Shown here: piece by piece, positions 23,209 through 36,804 of the stretch
How the letters are laid out: each line of letters starts with the position of its first letter
How positions within the stretch are numbered: the first letter of the stretch is position 1
Assembly: GCA_903813345.2 (NCBI GenBank)
Contig: CAIIXF020000001.1
Coordinates: forward strand, 1,922,001-1,986,000
Source: Owenia fusiformis
Lineage: Eukaryota
DNA length: 64,000 nt
Direction: 5' to 3'
Translations under genes and position numbers: made by a program
The notes under the pieces: model-generated
Databases searched by the model: none
The model's input: the letters and a program-made list of their open reading frames with translations, nothing else
What the model was told of the DNA's origin: nothing

Positions 23209-25795
23209 ATAGGGTAAACACAATACAATACAATTTACTGTTCATACCTGCTATTATTCTACTGTTCTCCAACGTGACAGTAATGGTAACCTGTGTAGCC
23301 AGTGACAATCTCAATGCAGTTCTTCAGCTGGTTAAGCTCGACACCAATTTGAGCCATATCGTCTTTCACTTTGGGTAATCTCTCTAGAAATATATTTAAA
23401 TCAGAACTGAATACACTGGTGATATATATGTTGGGTGGGGTTGGATTCACATAGCTAAAACAGTAAAGAAGGTCAGCAAAAGTACTATAAATGTATAATG
23501 CTAAAAAACTGTAAAACTGCTAATTTTTACAGTGCAATAAAAATATTTGGATGAGCAACTTACTGCAAGATCTCTGTTATCAAGTGTAAAATGTACCTTT
23601 ATATGGCAAATTGCCATCTTTGACTGGAGAAGTCTTTCTGTGACACTGATTTTGGATGGTAATTTTTCAATCTAGCCCTATTTGATGAGTTGCTGAAAGA
23701 AAAAAATATGTTAAAAATCATATTCTAACCATGGATTTTAGGCTGATATAAAGATGGGACAGTTTGCATATAAACATTATGGAACATGCACAAAAAATGC
23801 AAAGATATTCATCAAGTAGTTTTTGAAAAACTATTTTTCTCTCAAAATCACGAAGAGAACGCGATTTGCAAATACATGTTGAAACTGTATTTTACTTTTA
23901 AAAATTCGTAAGATAGTCGATAGTGGTTCGAATTTCATAAAATAAGGTATGCTGGAAAGGGAATTCAACCTGTAAATGATTGTTTACCAAACAGAGCAAT
24001 AATGATTACTTTGCATTTTCCAAAGTATTAGAAACAAGGTAACTATGAATATCTTATGAACTCAATTTATTCACATTGAGAAAATATGACTAAAGAAGAG
24101 GGAAATTAAAAAGCCTTTTTTATTCTCACTTTCAACACTACGCATTTGCGTTGTGGCGTACATTGTTCCTATGCCACTGCTTATGGCATTTCAATAATTT
24201 AAAAATAAGTGGGGATTAAAAAAAATCAACAACAAAGTAGCGCTATATATTCAAATTGTTTATGTTTTCTGAAAATTCAAGAAATTATTATGGAAACTTC
24301 CCTGCCTCTAGTGACACTATTTTAACTCAGACAGTCAAAGTCGACAGCCCCTCCTATTTATAAATCCATGAACTTATAAATACAGTGGGGGACATAAAGA
24401 ATTGCTATAGCTATGAAAATTACAAGCTGTCGCACATGTAATAAATTCTTACCCCAGTATATTCAGTGATCTATTTTCTCCGTCCTAGTAAGTCCAAATA
24501 TAGTGGAATTTGTGTCCATAATGACAAATAAGAACTTAAAAAGTTGAAGAGGATATTTACATGTTAATTCCGACTCTTCAAATGTTGAGGTGATTTTGGA
24601 GCCCGATTACACTGAAGGGAGGATAGGCTCCCAGAATGCAACATGACACGTGCCAGCTTTCAAAATGCAGCTTCGCGATTTTGAAACCTGTTAGGAGTAA
24701 ATAAGGTAAACTGATGTTGCATTGTGGGAGTCAATCCTCCTTGGATCACAAACATGGCGATTCATGAAAACATTCATTCGATTTGGTAGGGATTTATCCA
24801 TCATTTGCAGGTATGAAGCTTTGGATTCATTTATTGTGTTACTTCAAGCTGAGCTTCAAGTGAATGGGAATTATTTTTCTACCACTTGGGAGAGTTTGAG
24901 ACACGAAACTTAGAATTTAGCTCATTGTGACAACTTTTGATGGTTGAGGTTTAGATCTAGTTTTGTCCCCCACTTTAGTATCTGATTTTGGCCAAAGGCA
25001 ATTGATTGTGACCTGAGGTCTGTAGAAATCCACATGCTATCTATTGCAAGACTTACGGCTGCCAGATTTTTTAGTTTTTTGTGCAATAAGCCTGTGCCGT
25101 CTTGTAATTTGAAGAATTTCAGACATGTTAATCTTATTGAAAATAACATGGCAGAGAAACATCCAAATATAAGAGGCCACACACTTTATATACAAATGTC
25201 ATTCATGTACATGAATATACTTTTCCATATATTATTGCACAATGGTCACCCAATTTCTTATTTTTGCCGTTCTACTGACGAAATGAAGCAGTGAAATGGA
25301 CTCTAAGCTTACTGTAGGCCCTACACAAAAAAAACATTTTTGTAATTTTGTGTAAATATTTCCCTCTAACTTGGCTAAATATTTAATATTGTTTTGTCGA
25401 CTTCATCCCTGATATATTATGCATCTACATGTTTACCTGCGAATACAAACATCGTCTTGAAAATGAGATAATAGATCAAAGATTTAGCACAAAACCCATT
25501 TTCATTTCAGCGTGTTTACATTTAAAAATGGCGCTCTATGTCACACAAACTGTAAATTCAATTATCATATATTACTCAGTTAAAATCGACAAGTATGATG
25601 ATTGTCTATCTTAAATAAAATTATTTATTTATTTTTTGTTGCCATTTACCACATTTTATCATTAATATAATTGTATTGTCTAATACATTTGGTTTTGAGA
25701 CTATTTTTTAAAGAACACTAATATAGGAGGCGTTACCATGTTGTACGTTCACATAATTGACAGATTGTATTAGTTCTGATGTTCATAAACTAAGC

Positions 25796-28700
25796 ATGCC
25801 ACCTGTAACAGTTACAGTTAGGTAAGAAGATTATTTTAGATTGCTCATATGTGCACGTTATCCATGAAAATATCAGAAAACAGTAATCGAAAATGGAAGA
25901 GTTTACTTCCGGGTATCAACAACAACAACAACAAAAAGTAATTTATGTGCTTTGTGTTTCACTATTTATCGTTGTTATTGATGACCACATGACATACAGT
26001 TCGGGACATAAATAAATGACAGGTGGATTTGCTGAAGTGAGAATTTCCCATGTTAAAAATAAGAGAATTTACAAGAGGCCATACATCAGTGGATGAGATT
26101 ATACAAAATGTGAAATATACAAATTTTAAGGGATATATATCTAGACAATATTGGAAATTATGGGCTTTCAGACGACCATAATTAGGAAATGGTGATCGAA
26201 AATCGACCTGTCATTTATTTTTGTCCCCAACTGTAATGTAACGGATTATCACCATTTTCCACTGAATAACAAATGAAGTTGTATAAGAAAACATTACACA
26301 GTGACCCCTTACCCTATGTTACACATGTAGTAGCTACGATAAAGCCCAGTGACAGTGACAGGAACTTATCATGTATCAACACCTGACAGTAACATCTATT
26401 GGTGAAAAAACCTAGAAGTCTAAGAGATAAAAGGTTTATTTCTAGTGCATTTTCACTGTGGTGACAGTTTTCATCATTCTGATTTAGATCCGTGTCCACA
26501 GGGGCGTAGCCAGCTTTCAGTCAGGGGGAGATGCGATCGCTAGAAAATTTCAGTTTTCAGTCAGAAGGGGGGGGGGTTGATTTTGGCATAAACAAGATAT
26601 TTGATTTGAATTTCACAAAAAGATCGCACCCCCCTGGTTACGCTTATGCATGTCCCTCTTTCTGAAGCTTGTGAGAGACAGCTAGTACCCCAAAGGATAG
26701 TACAGGCTGTGGATCCCATAATGCCTCCTAATCATCAGTTTACATGATTCAATCATTTGCTGATTACTGCAACGACCTGAGGGCATCTCTGGGAATTAGC
26801 CATCTGCCGAGCATAGTGAAACAAGCCAGACATAAAAGAAAGTGTGCTAATTCAATTCCCAATATAATGTATTGTAGAGATTCCCAAACTCCCTATTTGT
26901 TTTTTTAATGGATCCATGATTTTTTGTAGAGAAATCAAGAACAAGGATATAGGACTAGATATCAGTGTGCCAAATCACAATGAGATTTCTGGGAAGATGA
27001 CATCAACTATTGAATACCATGTGGTGGTGGTGACGTCGCTAGATTGCTTCAAATTACCAAAACATAAAGAAACTGATAATGTGCAATTCATGGTAAGTCA
27101 TAATTCCTAAATCAAAATTAACATTTTTATCAAATAACTCGAATTAAAAGAATACATGTTTATGTAATAACGGGAGGGTGCCTCTTTGTAGTGACTATTG
27201 CAAAGTGTAATGTAACAAGCCAGACAGTTTGCATTCTTCAACACCCTGTGTGGGAATCAAACCTAATTAGTCTAATTAGATTGTCAGAACCAAATCAAAC
27301 TTTGTAGGAGTCTTGAAGATTTTTATAAACAATGTGTTTTACTTGGAATACCCTTCTTGATTTATTTAGATTAAAAAGACAATGGGAGATTTCGATGACT
27401 TTCATAAAAAGATGACAGCAGCATTCCCTGGCACGATCCTCCCACCGCTGCCACCAAAAACATTATTTACGAGTGATAAACTCGCGAGAGAAAGAAGGAA
27501 TGCTCTGGACCATCTGTTAAAAGTCATTCACAAAGTCCCAAAGCTGGTGAACCATCCTATTTTCTTAGAATTCTTGGGTAAGTTGTTTAAATGATAAGGT
27601 GCTCTCAACCCCTAAGTTCAAATTGTCAACACTTCACCTAAGAGACGAACAAAGTACAGGGTGTCCGGAAAGTAAAGATACAAATACTCTAATTTTGAGA
27701 GATTTAGGTTTTTTGTAATGAGATTGCTGCAAATTGTAGAGGAACTTTATTACAATACATCTACCAACTTTTATAACATTTAGTCTAAACGTGTTGAAGT
27801 TACAGTTGTCATGGTAATGGTGGTGAGGGGTATGCGGATCAGTTACAATTCCATTCTACAATCTGTAGCAATTTCATCTCACAACAGGTTAATCTATTGA
27901 AATTAGAGCATTTGTATCTTTACTTTCCGGACACCCTGTATAAGATCTCACTCCCTTCTTTAATAAAGCAGGTAGACATTGAAGTTGATGTAATGCAAAC
28001 TGGTTTTCATGGCAGTGCTTTATGAAATAATCAAAATAACTTTGCATGAGAAAGACATAGTAACAGTCCTAAAAGAATGTGTATTTGCATGTTTATGAAT
28101 CGTCCAATAAAATATAACTAACTCACAACTTAAACATGATAGTTGAAAACCTAATGAGTCATGAAATGTATACGCCGTAGGGGTTTCTTTTTCATGCATT
28201 GTACGAAACATTGTATCATTGATTTTTACTGAATAAATTGAATTGGATTAAAAAAAAATTGAATTGAATACTGTTAACTAGTAAATAGGTCATTATCAAC
28301 TAATGGTAATTATAAACTAAGGGTGATTATAGAGTTATGGTGATTGAACTCATGATTATGAAGTTAGGCCATTCAAAGTTAATCATATGTTTAACGTTCT
28401 GAGCACATACAAGTAATGGTGATTGAAGAAGTCATAATTATTAATTATTGCAATTAAAGAGTTATATTAATTGTGTGTTCTGCATCAGGTGTTGACCCAA
28501 TGAGAGCCAGCCTCCACACTAAGAAGGACCAGAAACCTGTCACAAAAGACCAAGATGCAAAAGAGGAAGGAGATACTGAAGGAGGCAATGCCGACACGCA
28601 ACAAAAAGAAGTGAAACAGTAAGATTCCAAACCAAAAAAGACCAGCATAATAGTATCCCATAGCTAGAAATGGCCCCTTGGCAAAGCTAAATTGGAAAAT

Positions 28701-31028
28701 AAGATCCAAAAAGTATTTATGAAATTAGGTTCAATCATTCTTATCTTATGGCCGAGAAGAAATGGGAATTTATGAGATGTCATGGTTTATTATGATGAGG
28801 CTCAATCACATATAAAGAACACATCAATCTAGTGTATCCTTTCTCATATTTTGTGAAACATCGAGTTCAGTCCTTGGAAATTTGTTATCTGAAACTTTGA
28901 AAAATATCCAACTGCCACATTTGAGACAATTTTACATTTTTGTCATATATTGTAATAATTATTGAAAATGCTTTAATTGTACTTCCAACTTACTTCAACT
29001 TCCTCTAATATTGTTCTTCCAACTAACAATTACATTTTAGGAGTTCATTGTTTGACGAGGATGATGAACCTGAACATGACATGTTTACAAGTGTACCTGG
29101 CTCTGGAGACATTGATGATGACATCTTTAAATCTGGCAATGCCTTTTCAACAGGTACTTTAAAATGTTTTGTTCTTATTTTTTTATTTATGAGACGTTTT
29201 TAGTTATCAATATTTTCAGTAATGATATAAAATAAATGTCTTTCTTCCTCAAGTGTTAGCAATTGGACACTTTTTTGTGTGATCAGAAATTATAAGTTGA
29301 ATGATAAGCTAATGGAATGCCAAAGTAATATTTAAACGCAATTGTTATAGGTATCTTTCTTAGCTTAAAATGTTAAGCGATGTTGGAATTAATATTTATT
29401 TGGACTATCGTGGTGTGCTCTTTTCGAGAAATTGTCATTGGGATCAATGTATCTGCAGAGTGAAGAAGTACCAACTAAGCAAAGATTACAGTATGCAGAA
29501 ATATCTGTTTTATATAAATTAGCCATAAAGATGAATACAACCAATGATCACATCATCCTTACTACAAATTTCATCACTTAAGAGTAATATGATGTATCTC
29601 ATACTTGAGTGGGTTTGGGGTAGATATCACCCGGGAATATATATCGTATCTGAGGAGCGGGCAGGATATATTGTATATGTCCCGCTCCAGGCCAAATGCG
29701 GGCAGATATAATATATCCATCCCGCTCCCAGGAATTTTTCAAAAGTTTAAAAAAGTTTAAATATCAAAAGTTTTGATTTTTTAATTTTGAAATTTAAATT
29801 TTTTAAGTTTAAATGTTACAATTTCATTGTATTGAACAAAAAGAATAGTACGAAAATGTTAAATATATATTTGAAAAAGGTGGAAAAGGTTATATCTACC
29901 CTAAACCCACTCAAGTATGAGATACACCAGTTATGCACGGTCGGTTTGGATACATGGAATATCCCTTGGGATATACAATATATCTTCCCTCGGTCCCTTC
30001 GGTCCCTCGGGAAGATATATTGTATATCCCTCGGGATATTCCCTGTATCCAAAACCTCCCAGTGCATAACCCCTATATATTTACTCTAGGCCCAGATGCA
30101 GAAACTAAACTGTTCGATGATCAAGACTTTGGAGGTGGGATAGCAGAAAATGATGACCTTGCATCATTTGTCATCAGAGACACTGATGTAAAAGAAAAGT
30201 TCAATAAGGCAGATGCAGCTCCTGCTGCTGCTGATGGGGATTATTCTTCAGATCTTTTGAAGTATGTGGGTTTGTTTCTACATAGATGTCCTTGTCACCC
30301 TATATATATGATACAATATGATATGATATGAAAATTACACGGAAAAATTGCATAGGTTTTAGGCTGATTTAAAGATGGCAGCAGTAGTAGAATTATATAG
30401 TATGTGAAAATGATTGATAGCACTGCCATCTTTATTTAGAAATTATGTCTACTACCCTTTAGCTTATGAAAATTATAACGCCCAAGTGAACATGTAGCAG
30501 GTTTTTAAATGTGCACCATATTTTACCATTTTTCACAGATCACAGATAAAGAGGCGTGCTCAAAGGCATACCCTTGCTCTGAAACATCTTAAACAAGTAT
30601 TTCAGTGTTAATGTATATTGCTTAACTTATGTGTTTTCATGTATTTTTCCAGTATTGAAGATGACTTGGACAAATTACTAACTACACCAATTGAAAAACC
30701 AACACAGGACTCTAAAAAGCCACCACTAGGGGTAAAACCAAACATTAGTCCTAAACCCAAATCTAGTGACAAGCCAACTATTCAAAACAAACCTAAAATT
30801 GGACAGAAACCAGTGAAGACTCCCAACAAACCAGATATTAAAGACAAACCTACAATTGCCACTAAACAAACTGTTGTTAAAGAAGCCCCAAAAGCAATGA
30901 AAGACAATGATAGTTTATTTGCCCCTAACCCAGAGAGCTCTCTTGGTGATATGGATGATGATGATATCATGAAGTATATTCAAGACAATGAACAAAGTAA
31001 AGATGATGACTTGGATTTATTTTCTTAG
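25796..31028 (+). CDS. HS1BP3: HCLS1-binding protein 3 (PX-domain protein), 395 aa, 7 exons
   Basis: Exons 25796-25821, 26930-27092, 27370-27577, 28489-28618, 29041-29153, 30090-30261, 30653-31028 with consistent phases. GLDISVP..EISGKM...EYHVVVVT..FK..KH...VQFM, LPPLPPK.LF....RERR, LEFLG, LFDDQDFGG, IEDDLDKLL and MDDDDIMKYIQ match the HS1BP3 layout as I recall it. Confidence 0.92.
25997..26233. mobile_element. Tc1/mariner-type MITE
   Basis: TA flanks; TIRs CAGTT(C)GGGACATAAATAAATGACAGGT. Confidence 0.75.
26499..26648. mobile_element. hAT-like MITE, degenerate
   Basis: Ends CAGGGGCGTAGCCAG...CTGGTTACGCTTATG; imperfect 8-bp flanking duplication (6/8). Confidence 0.55.
27657..27938. mobile_element. 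Tc1/mariner-type MITE
   Basis: TA TSD; TIRs CAGGG(G)TGTCCGGAAAGTAAAGATACAAAT..CTCTAATTT. Confidence 0.8.
29590..29929. mobile_element. MITE with ~40-bp TIRs
   Basis: TG(A/G)TGTATCTCATACTTGAGTGGGTTT.GGGTAGATAT at both ends, inverted. Confidence 0.75.
29930..30070. mobile_element. Palindromic hairpin MITE with CTTCGG centre
   Basis: GTTATGCAC...GTGCATAAC arms; centre CTTCGG at 29997-30002. Confidence 0.75.
30352..30464 (+). repeat. Duplicated motif with interleaved inverted repeats, copy 1 (HS1BP3 intron 6)
   Basis: Aligns with 31048-31151; A-B-A'-B' complementarity. Confidence 0.65.
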
Positions 31029-31047
31029 AGGCAATCATACCTGATCT

Positions 31048-31151
31048 ATAGGTTTTAGGTCAATATAAAGATGGCAGCTGTGGTAGAATTGATTGTAAAA
31101 CAGATTGCACTGCCATCTGTATCTAAAAATTATTTCTACCACCATTTAGCT
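31048..31151 (+). repeat. Duplicated motif with interleaved inverted repeats, copy 2 (HS1BP3 3'UTR)
   Basis: Aligns with 30352-30464; A-B-A'-B' complementarity. Confidence 0.65.
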
Positions 31152-31572
31152 GACGCTTAAAATAATATACTTGCTGCAAGCGATCATGCATTAACGACCT
31201 GATTTTTTCAATTGAATGTATGCTTAAAGTCAATAACAGCAAAGGATGGATCAAGGTGTCTGATGGAAGCAATCTGTGCAATAAACATGTAAGAGGTGTC
31301 AGTAACGATACTTTTTTTATAACTGAGAAAAGATGTGAGGTAATTTATCAAATATTGAAGTAAATATGTTATTCGAGACTCACTAGGTATAAGTTTCTCA
31401 AAGATAAGTGATGGGTTAGTTTATCATAATTTTATTTAAAAAGAGAGTTAAAATCATGGTGGCCACTGTCCATGTATTCTACCCAATGTATAATAATGAT
31501 TTTTAAAATTGCTCAACCCGCATGACAGAAACAAACATTCACAATACATGTGTATAGGTAAGTCAGTACATC

Positions 31573-32391
31573 AAAGGAGTGGTATCGAAATGGAGAACTG
31601 AATTCAACAATGTTTTTCTCTTAAACCAATAATTGAAAACATTCTGTAAGAAACACGGTATTTTATATAATGTTGACTGATTGAATTTAATGCGAAAATT
31701 ATTTAGAAATATTTTATATAACTGTTTTTGTTAACATTTTTTTTGGTGCAATTGTTTTTGCTCCTTTCTACCAATTCTTTAGAATGAAATAAAATGTCTT
31801 TTCGAACCTTGTTGGAACAAAATAGCATACAAAACATGTTTTTAGATCTCTCAATATAATAGTTATACAAAGGAATTTTTGGTTGATTTTAAAAAAGTAT
31901 TCAAAAAATTAAAACAAAATCCCCCCAAAATAGATATAAATCAAGATAAACCTTTTATTTCATTAACAAGATTCATTTTTAAAATCAACCAAAATTTCCT
32001 TTGTACAATTACAATATTGAGAGACCTAAACATGTTGTGTTTATGTCGTTTTCTTCCAATGAGGTTCGGAAAGATGTCTCATTTCACTCTGGAAACATGA
32101 TACCAAGAACAAAACAAGTGTTTGATGTGTTTTCTACAACAATATCGATGAAAGTATATATATATATATATGATAAAAAGATAAATAACAAAATATGAAA
32201 AGATTTAAAAACTACACATGTTTCTATATTTCCTCAGTAGTTTTTAAATTTTATATATATTTCAAATTATATTGTTACCATTCAAAAGATGACCATTAAA
32301 TTGACGATGTGTTAAATTTTTAGATTTTTTTTATGACTGGTTTAAGAGAAACATGTGTTCAAAAAGTTCTCCATATCGATACCACTTCTTT
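31573..32391. mobile_element. Non-autonomous TIR element, copy 2
   Basis: Same TIRs and body as 10997-11541, with extra internal sequence. Confidence 0.75.
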
Positions 32392-33099
32392 CACGGGTAA
32401 GTAATCAAACTATAGTATAGATGTCATGCTAGTATGAAATCATTTCAATCATCTTCAATTTATAAATATATATATTTTTTTTTTATAAAACCTTTGGTGC
32501 TGAGCTATTCTGAGTGGTGAAATCTGTATTACAGTGGTGTTATTGCAAAATAGACAAGCATTGATTCAAAAAACAACTGTAAAACCAAAACATAATATTC
32601 AGAAAAAAGGTATGACAAGCATGTGTAAAATCTGAGACTAACATAAAAGGTAAAATAAGCATGTCAGCAAAATCAAAAATAAATACCTCATAATGGCTTG
32701 ATCATATATGGTCAATGTAATATCTAAAGGTCAAAATGTCAATGCCAAAATGAAATGTTTGTTACTCAACAAGTGTAGTTTATAGTTTATAGTTAAAGAG
32801 CATGTGCAGTCACATCTTCTATTGCTGGCTATGCAATATGAGCATATACATAGTTTTAATGAAGATCAACTAAATAAATTTAATCAAATTGAACAAAATA
32901 TTTTGTTTTGTGTTTTATTTTCAGCTAATTCTGTAAACCATCAGCTGTGTTCATTTACATCGAGAATACTCTGCCTGTTCGTCAATCCATTTGCCATTCT
33001 TTATCTATGTCTGCCCCGAGGATTGGTACAATAGCCCTCCTTGAAATCTGATTGTGTTATATTGTCTTGCAGCACTGCATGATCGTACCTGTATTTTCT

Positions 33100-35180
33100 C
33101 TTTTAGCATTGACTGCTTATTCCTATAGTATTGATTGTGCTTGTTGTTCCTATAGCATTGGTTGTGGTTGTTGTTCCTTTAGAATTGGTTATGCTTGTTG
33201 TTCCTACACTATTGGTTGTGCTTGTTGTTCCTATAGCATTGGTTGTGCTTGCTGTTCCTTTAGAATTGGTTATGCTTGTTGTTCCTATACTATTGGTTGT
33301 GCTTGTTGTTCCTATAGCATTGGTTGTGCTTGCTGTTCCTTTAGAATTGGTTATGCTTGTTGTTCCTATACTATTGGTTGTGCTTGTTGTTCCTATAGCA
33401 TTGGTTGTGCTTGCTGTTCCTTTAGAATTGGTTATGCTTGTTGTTCCTATAGCATTGATTGTGCTTGTTGTTCCTATAGCATTGGTTGTACTTGTACCTA
33501 TATTATTGGTTGTGCTTGTTGTTCCTATAGCATTGATTGTGCTTGTTGTTCCTATAGCATTGATTAATGATTGTGCTTGTTGTTCCTACACTATTGGTTG
33601 TGCTTGTTGTTCATATAGCATTGGTTGTGCTTGTTGTTCCTATAGCATTGATTGTGCTTGTCGTTCCTAAAACATTGGTTGTGCTTGTTGTTCCTAAAGC
33701 ATTGGTTGTGTTTGTTGTTCCTACAGCATTGATTGCGCTTGTCCTTAAAGCATAAATTGTGTCAATTGTTCCTATAGCTTTGGTTGTGCTTGCTGCTCAT
33801 TTAGAATTGGTCATGCTTGTTGTTCCTATACTATTGGTTTTGCTTGTTTCCAATAGCATTGGTTGTGCCTGTTGTTCCTATAGCATTGGTTGTGCTTGTT
33901 GTTCCTATACTATTGGTTGTGCTTGTTGTTCCTATAGCATTGATTGCGCTTGACCTTAAAGCATTAATTGTGTAAATTGTTCCAAAAGCATTGGCTGTGC
34001 TTGCTGTTCCTTTAGAATTGGTTATGCTTGTTGTTCCTATACTATTAGTCGTGCTCTTTGTTCCTATAGCATTGATTGTGCTTTTTGTTCCTATAGCACT
34101 GATTGTGCTTGTTGTTCCTATAGCATTGGTTGTGCTTGTTGTTCCTATAGCATTGATTATGCTTGTTGTTCCTATAGCATTGATTGTGCTTTTTGTTCCT
34201 ATAGCATTGATTGTGCTTGTTGTTCCTATAGCATTGATTGTGCTTGTTGTTCCTATAGCATTGATTGTGCTTATTGTTCCTGTAGCATCGATTTTGCTTG
34301 TTGTTCCTATAGTATTGGTTGTGCTTGTTGGTTCCTTTAGCATTGATTGTGCTTTTTGTTCCTATAGCATTGGTTGTGCTTGTTGCTCCTATAGTATTGA
34401 TTGTGCTTGTCCTTAAATCATTAATTGTGTCAATTGTTCCTATAACATTGGTGCTGCTTGGTGTTCCTATAGAATTGGTTATGCTTGTTTTTCTATACTA
34501 TTGGTTGTGCTTGTTGTTCCTATAGCATTGGTTGTGCTTGCTGTTCCTTTAGAATTGGTTATGCTTGTTGTTCCTATACCATTGGTTGTGCTTGTTGTTC
34601 CTATAGCATTGATTATGTTTGTTGTTCCTAAAGCATTGATTGTGCTTGCTGTTCCTATAGTGTTGGTTGTGCTTGTTCTTAAGGACAGGGTGCATGTTGG
34701 GAAATTTTCTGCATTCCTCAATTGAGTCACATGTTATTTTTCAAACATGAATAACTCCTTCCCCACATTGTCTACATCTTCCAAGTTTGCACTAAGAGTG
34801 CACTTCTGTGTCTAGAAAAGCCCTGTGAGAAGGTTTGTTTTGTAAAATGTATAAAAAATGAGAAAATTCAGTGAAAAAAATTTCTGAAAATTTTCTGATT
34901 TTTTTTCACTGAATTTTCTTGTTTTTTATACACTTTATCAAAACATTCTTCTCACAAGTCTTTTCTAGGCACATAAGTGCACTCTTTGTGCAAAACTGGA
35001 AGATATATAGACAATGAAGGGAAGGAGTGATTCTTGTTTGAAAAATAACATGTGACTCAATTGAGGAATGCAAAAAATTTCCCAACATGCACCCTGACCT
35101 TAAAGCATTAATTGTGTCAATTGTTCCTATAGCATTGGTTGTGCTTGTTGTGTCAATTGTTCCTATATTTACCATTGATT
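33100..35180. repeat. 27-bp minisatellite (ATTGGTTGTGCTTGTTGTTCCTATAGC)n, roughly 60 units
   Basis: Read directly; 81-bp three-unit higher-order period at about 33150-33450; interrupted by the MITE at 34683-35099. Confidence 0.95.
34683..35099. mobile_element. Fully palindromic MITE, Kolobok-like
   Basis: TTAA TSD (34679-34682, 35100-35103), GG...CC termini, arms pair along about 200 bp. Confidence 0.8.
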
Positions 35181-35762
35181 TTGCTTGTTATTCCATATAT
35201 AGACATTGAAATGTGTACCAAATACCATCGATCATTGCATTTCTGTAAATTTAATATAAAATGTTAAAGTGAGTGCAATATTTACATATTAACCACGTGC
35301 ATAGTAGCGCCCTCTGCAGTAGGTCATGATGACCAGTCCAGTCAAGCGAAAGGTGAGATAATCTTGTTATTTTATAGATTTTCAAAGTCGTCAGTTCAAA
35401 AATCAACTTTATTTATACCGTGTTTTCTAGAGGAGCTGTATTGCCATATGTACTTTATGACTATTCGTTATATAACAAACTGCAAAGCTGACATTTTTTG
35501 CTGATTTTCAGTTTTTGGAAATTGCATTTCTCCATTGATGAATTTTCAACCAAAACAAAATGAATTTTGTCACTATACAGTTTACAAAACCTGCTTCATT
35601 GTGACAGACGAGTTTTTAGATAACACATACACATAATAATGACACTAATTCCATGGACATGGGGAGTCACCACCCAATGCAACAACCCCCCCCCCTCTTC
35701 AGAAATTTCCAGGCCTGTAAACTTGGGAACGCCGGGGGGTTCACTATATATAAACCTTGACG

Positions 35763-36323
35763 TTACTCCCGTCGAGAGCTACTTAGATTTTGAAAGTATA
35801 GCTCTCTATCGCTAGAATCAACAGCTTAAGAATCCTGACTTCAAAGAAAATTCCGGGGTTAAATTCAGCTGACTCATGTTGCACATTATATACCTGAAAA
35901 TGTATCCTACATCGCCATCTTTCATTCAGCTCAACTATAGAATGTCTCACTGCCCTATGTATCGATCAGGACTTCATTTTATTGGTCGTTTCAAAAGTTT
36001 TGGCCAGGTATATTCAATATGGCGGCTTGACGTTTCCCAAGTTGCGCATGCGTCGATAATATTTCCGTTTAACCGCCATATTGGAAATGGGTATCAAACA
36101 ATGAAGATTAGAACTCCTGATCGCCATAGAAACACATCCGCGATCCTACATGCACGGGGAAAGTAGACACATATGAGCCCATATGTAGGCTACAGTTTGA
36201 GACAAACAGTAAGCCGCTGAATGGCGCTGATCAAATTTAGATGTCACAGTTCTTCAGCTGGAGATCCTCACGATGGAGAGCTATACTTTCAAAATCTAAC
36301 ATGGTAGCTCTCCACGTGAGTAA
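35763..36323. mobile_element. MITE with 8-bp TSD, inserted in the TIR of the previous element
   Basis: TSD CCTTGACG (35755-35762, 36324-36331); TIRs TTACTC.CGT.GAGAGCTAC...TTAGATTTTGAAAGTATAGCTCTC. Confidence 0.85.
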
Positions 36324-36804
36324 CCTTGACGGGGATCCTCGGCGCATGTGGGGTACCTTTTTCAACGTTTGGTATGGCAATGAACCCATATTTTAGGATT
36401 TGGTATGGGAATGCCCAGAAATTTCTGACCTCTGAGGTATGGCAATGGTTGGACTTTTGCTCTTCTGGTATGAGAATGGTCGTTGTAGATACATTACCTA
36501 ACATTCATGGTATGGCATTGGTCCAGTAGTTGCAAATTTGAAGTTGTTTTGGATCGTTTCCCGAAGTATCTTCTTTTCCAGGGCCTTCTTCAACTTTTGA
36601 ATTTTAGCCCTTTTCCCGGGAAATGAGGACCAATCATAGGCTTTGATGAAGTCTCGCTAGATTTTTCGTGATTTCAATACAAAACTTGCCGCCAAGAAAA
36701 ATGGACGCTCGATTCGAAAAGTGGTTGATTTCCAACGATTTGAAGCTTATGGTAGCGATTGGTCCTGTATTTGCACATTTGTATGACATTGATCCTATAT
36801 TTCA

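Noticed and set aside
33052-34730. Cys-rich (IGCACCSYS)n, hydrophobic (VVLVVPIAL)n and Thr-rich (TTSTTNAIG)n ORFs resembling metallothionein, keratin-associated or antifreeze proteins
   Set aside because: All are frames of one 27-bp minisatellite. They are broken by frameshifts and a MITE, with no convincing start or splice context.
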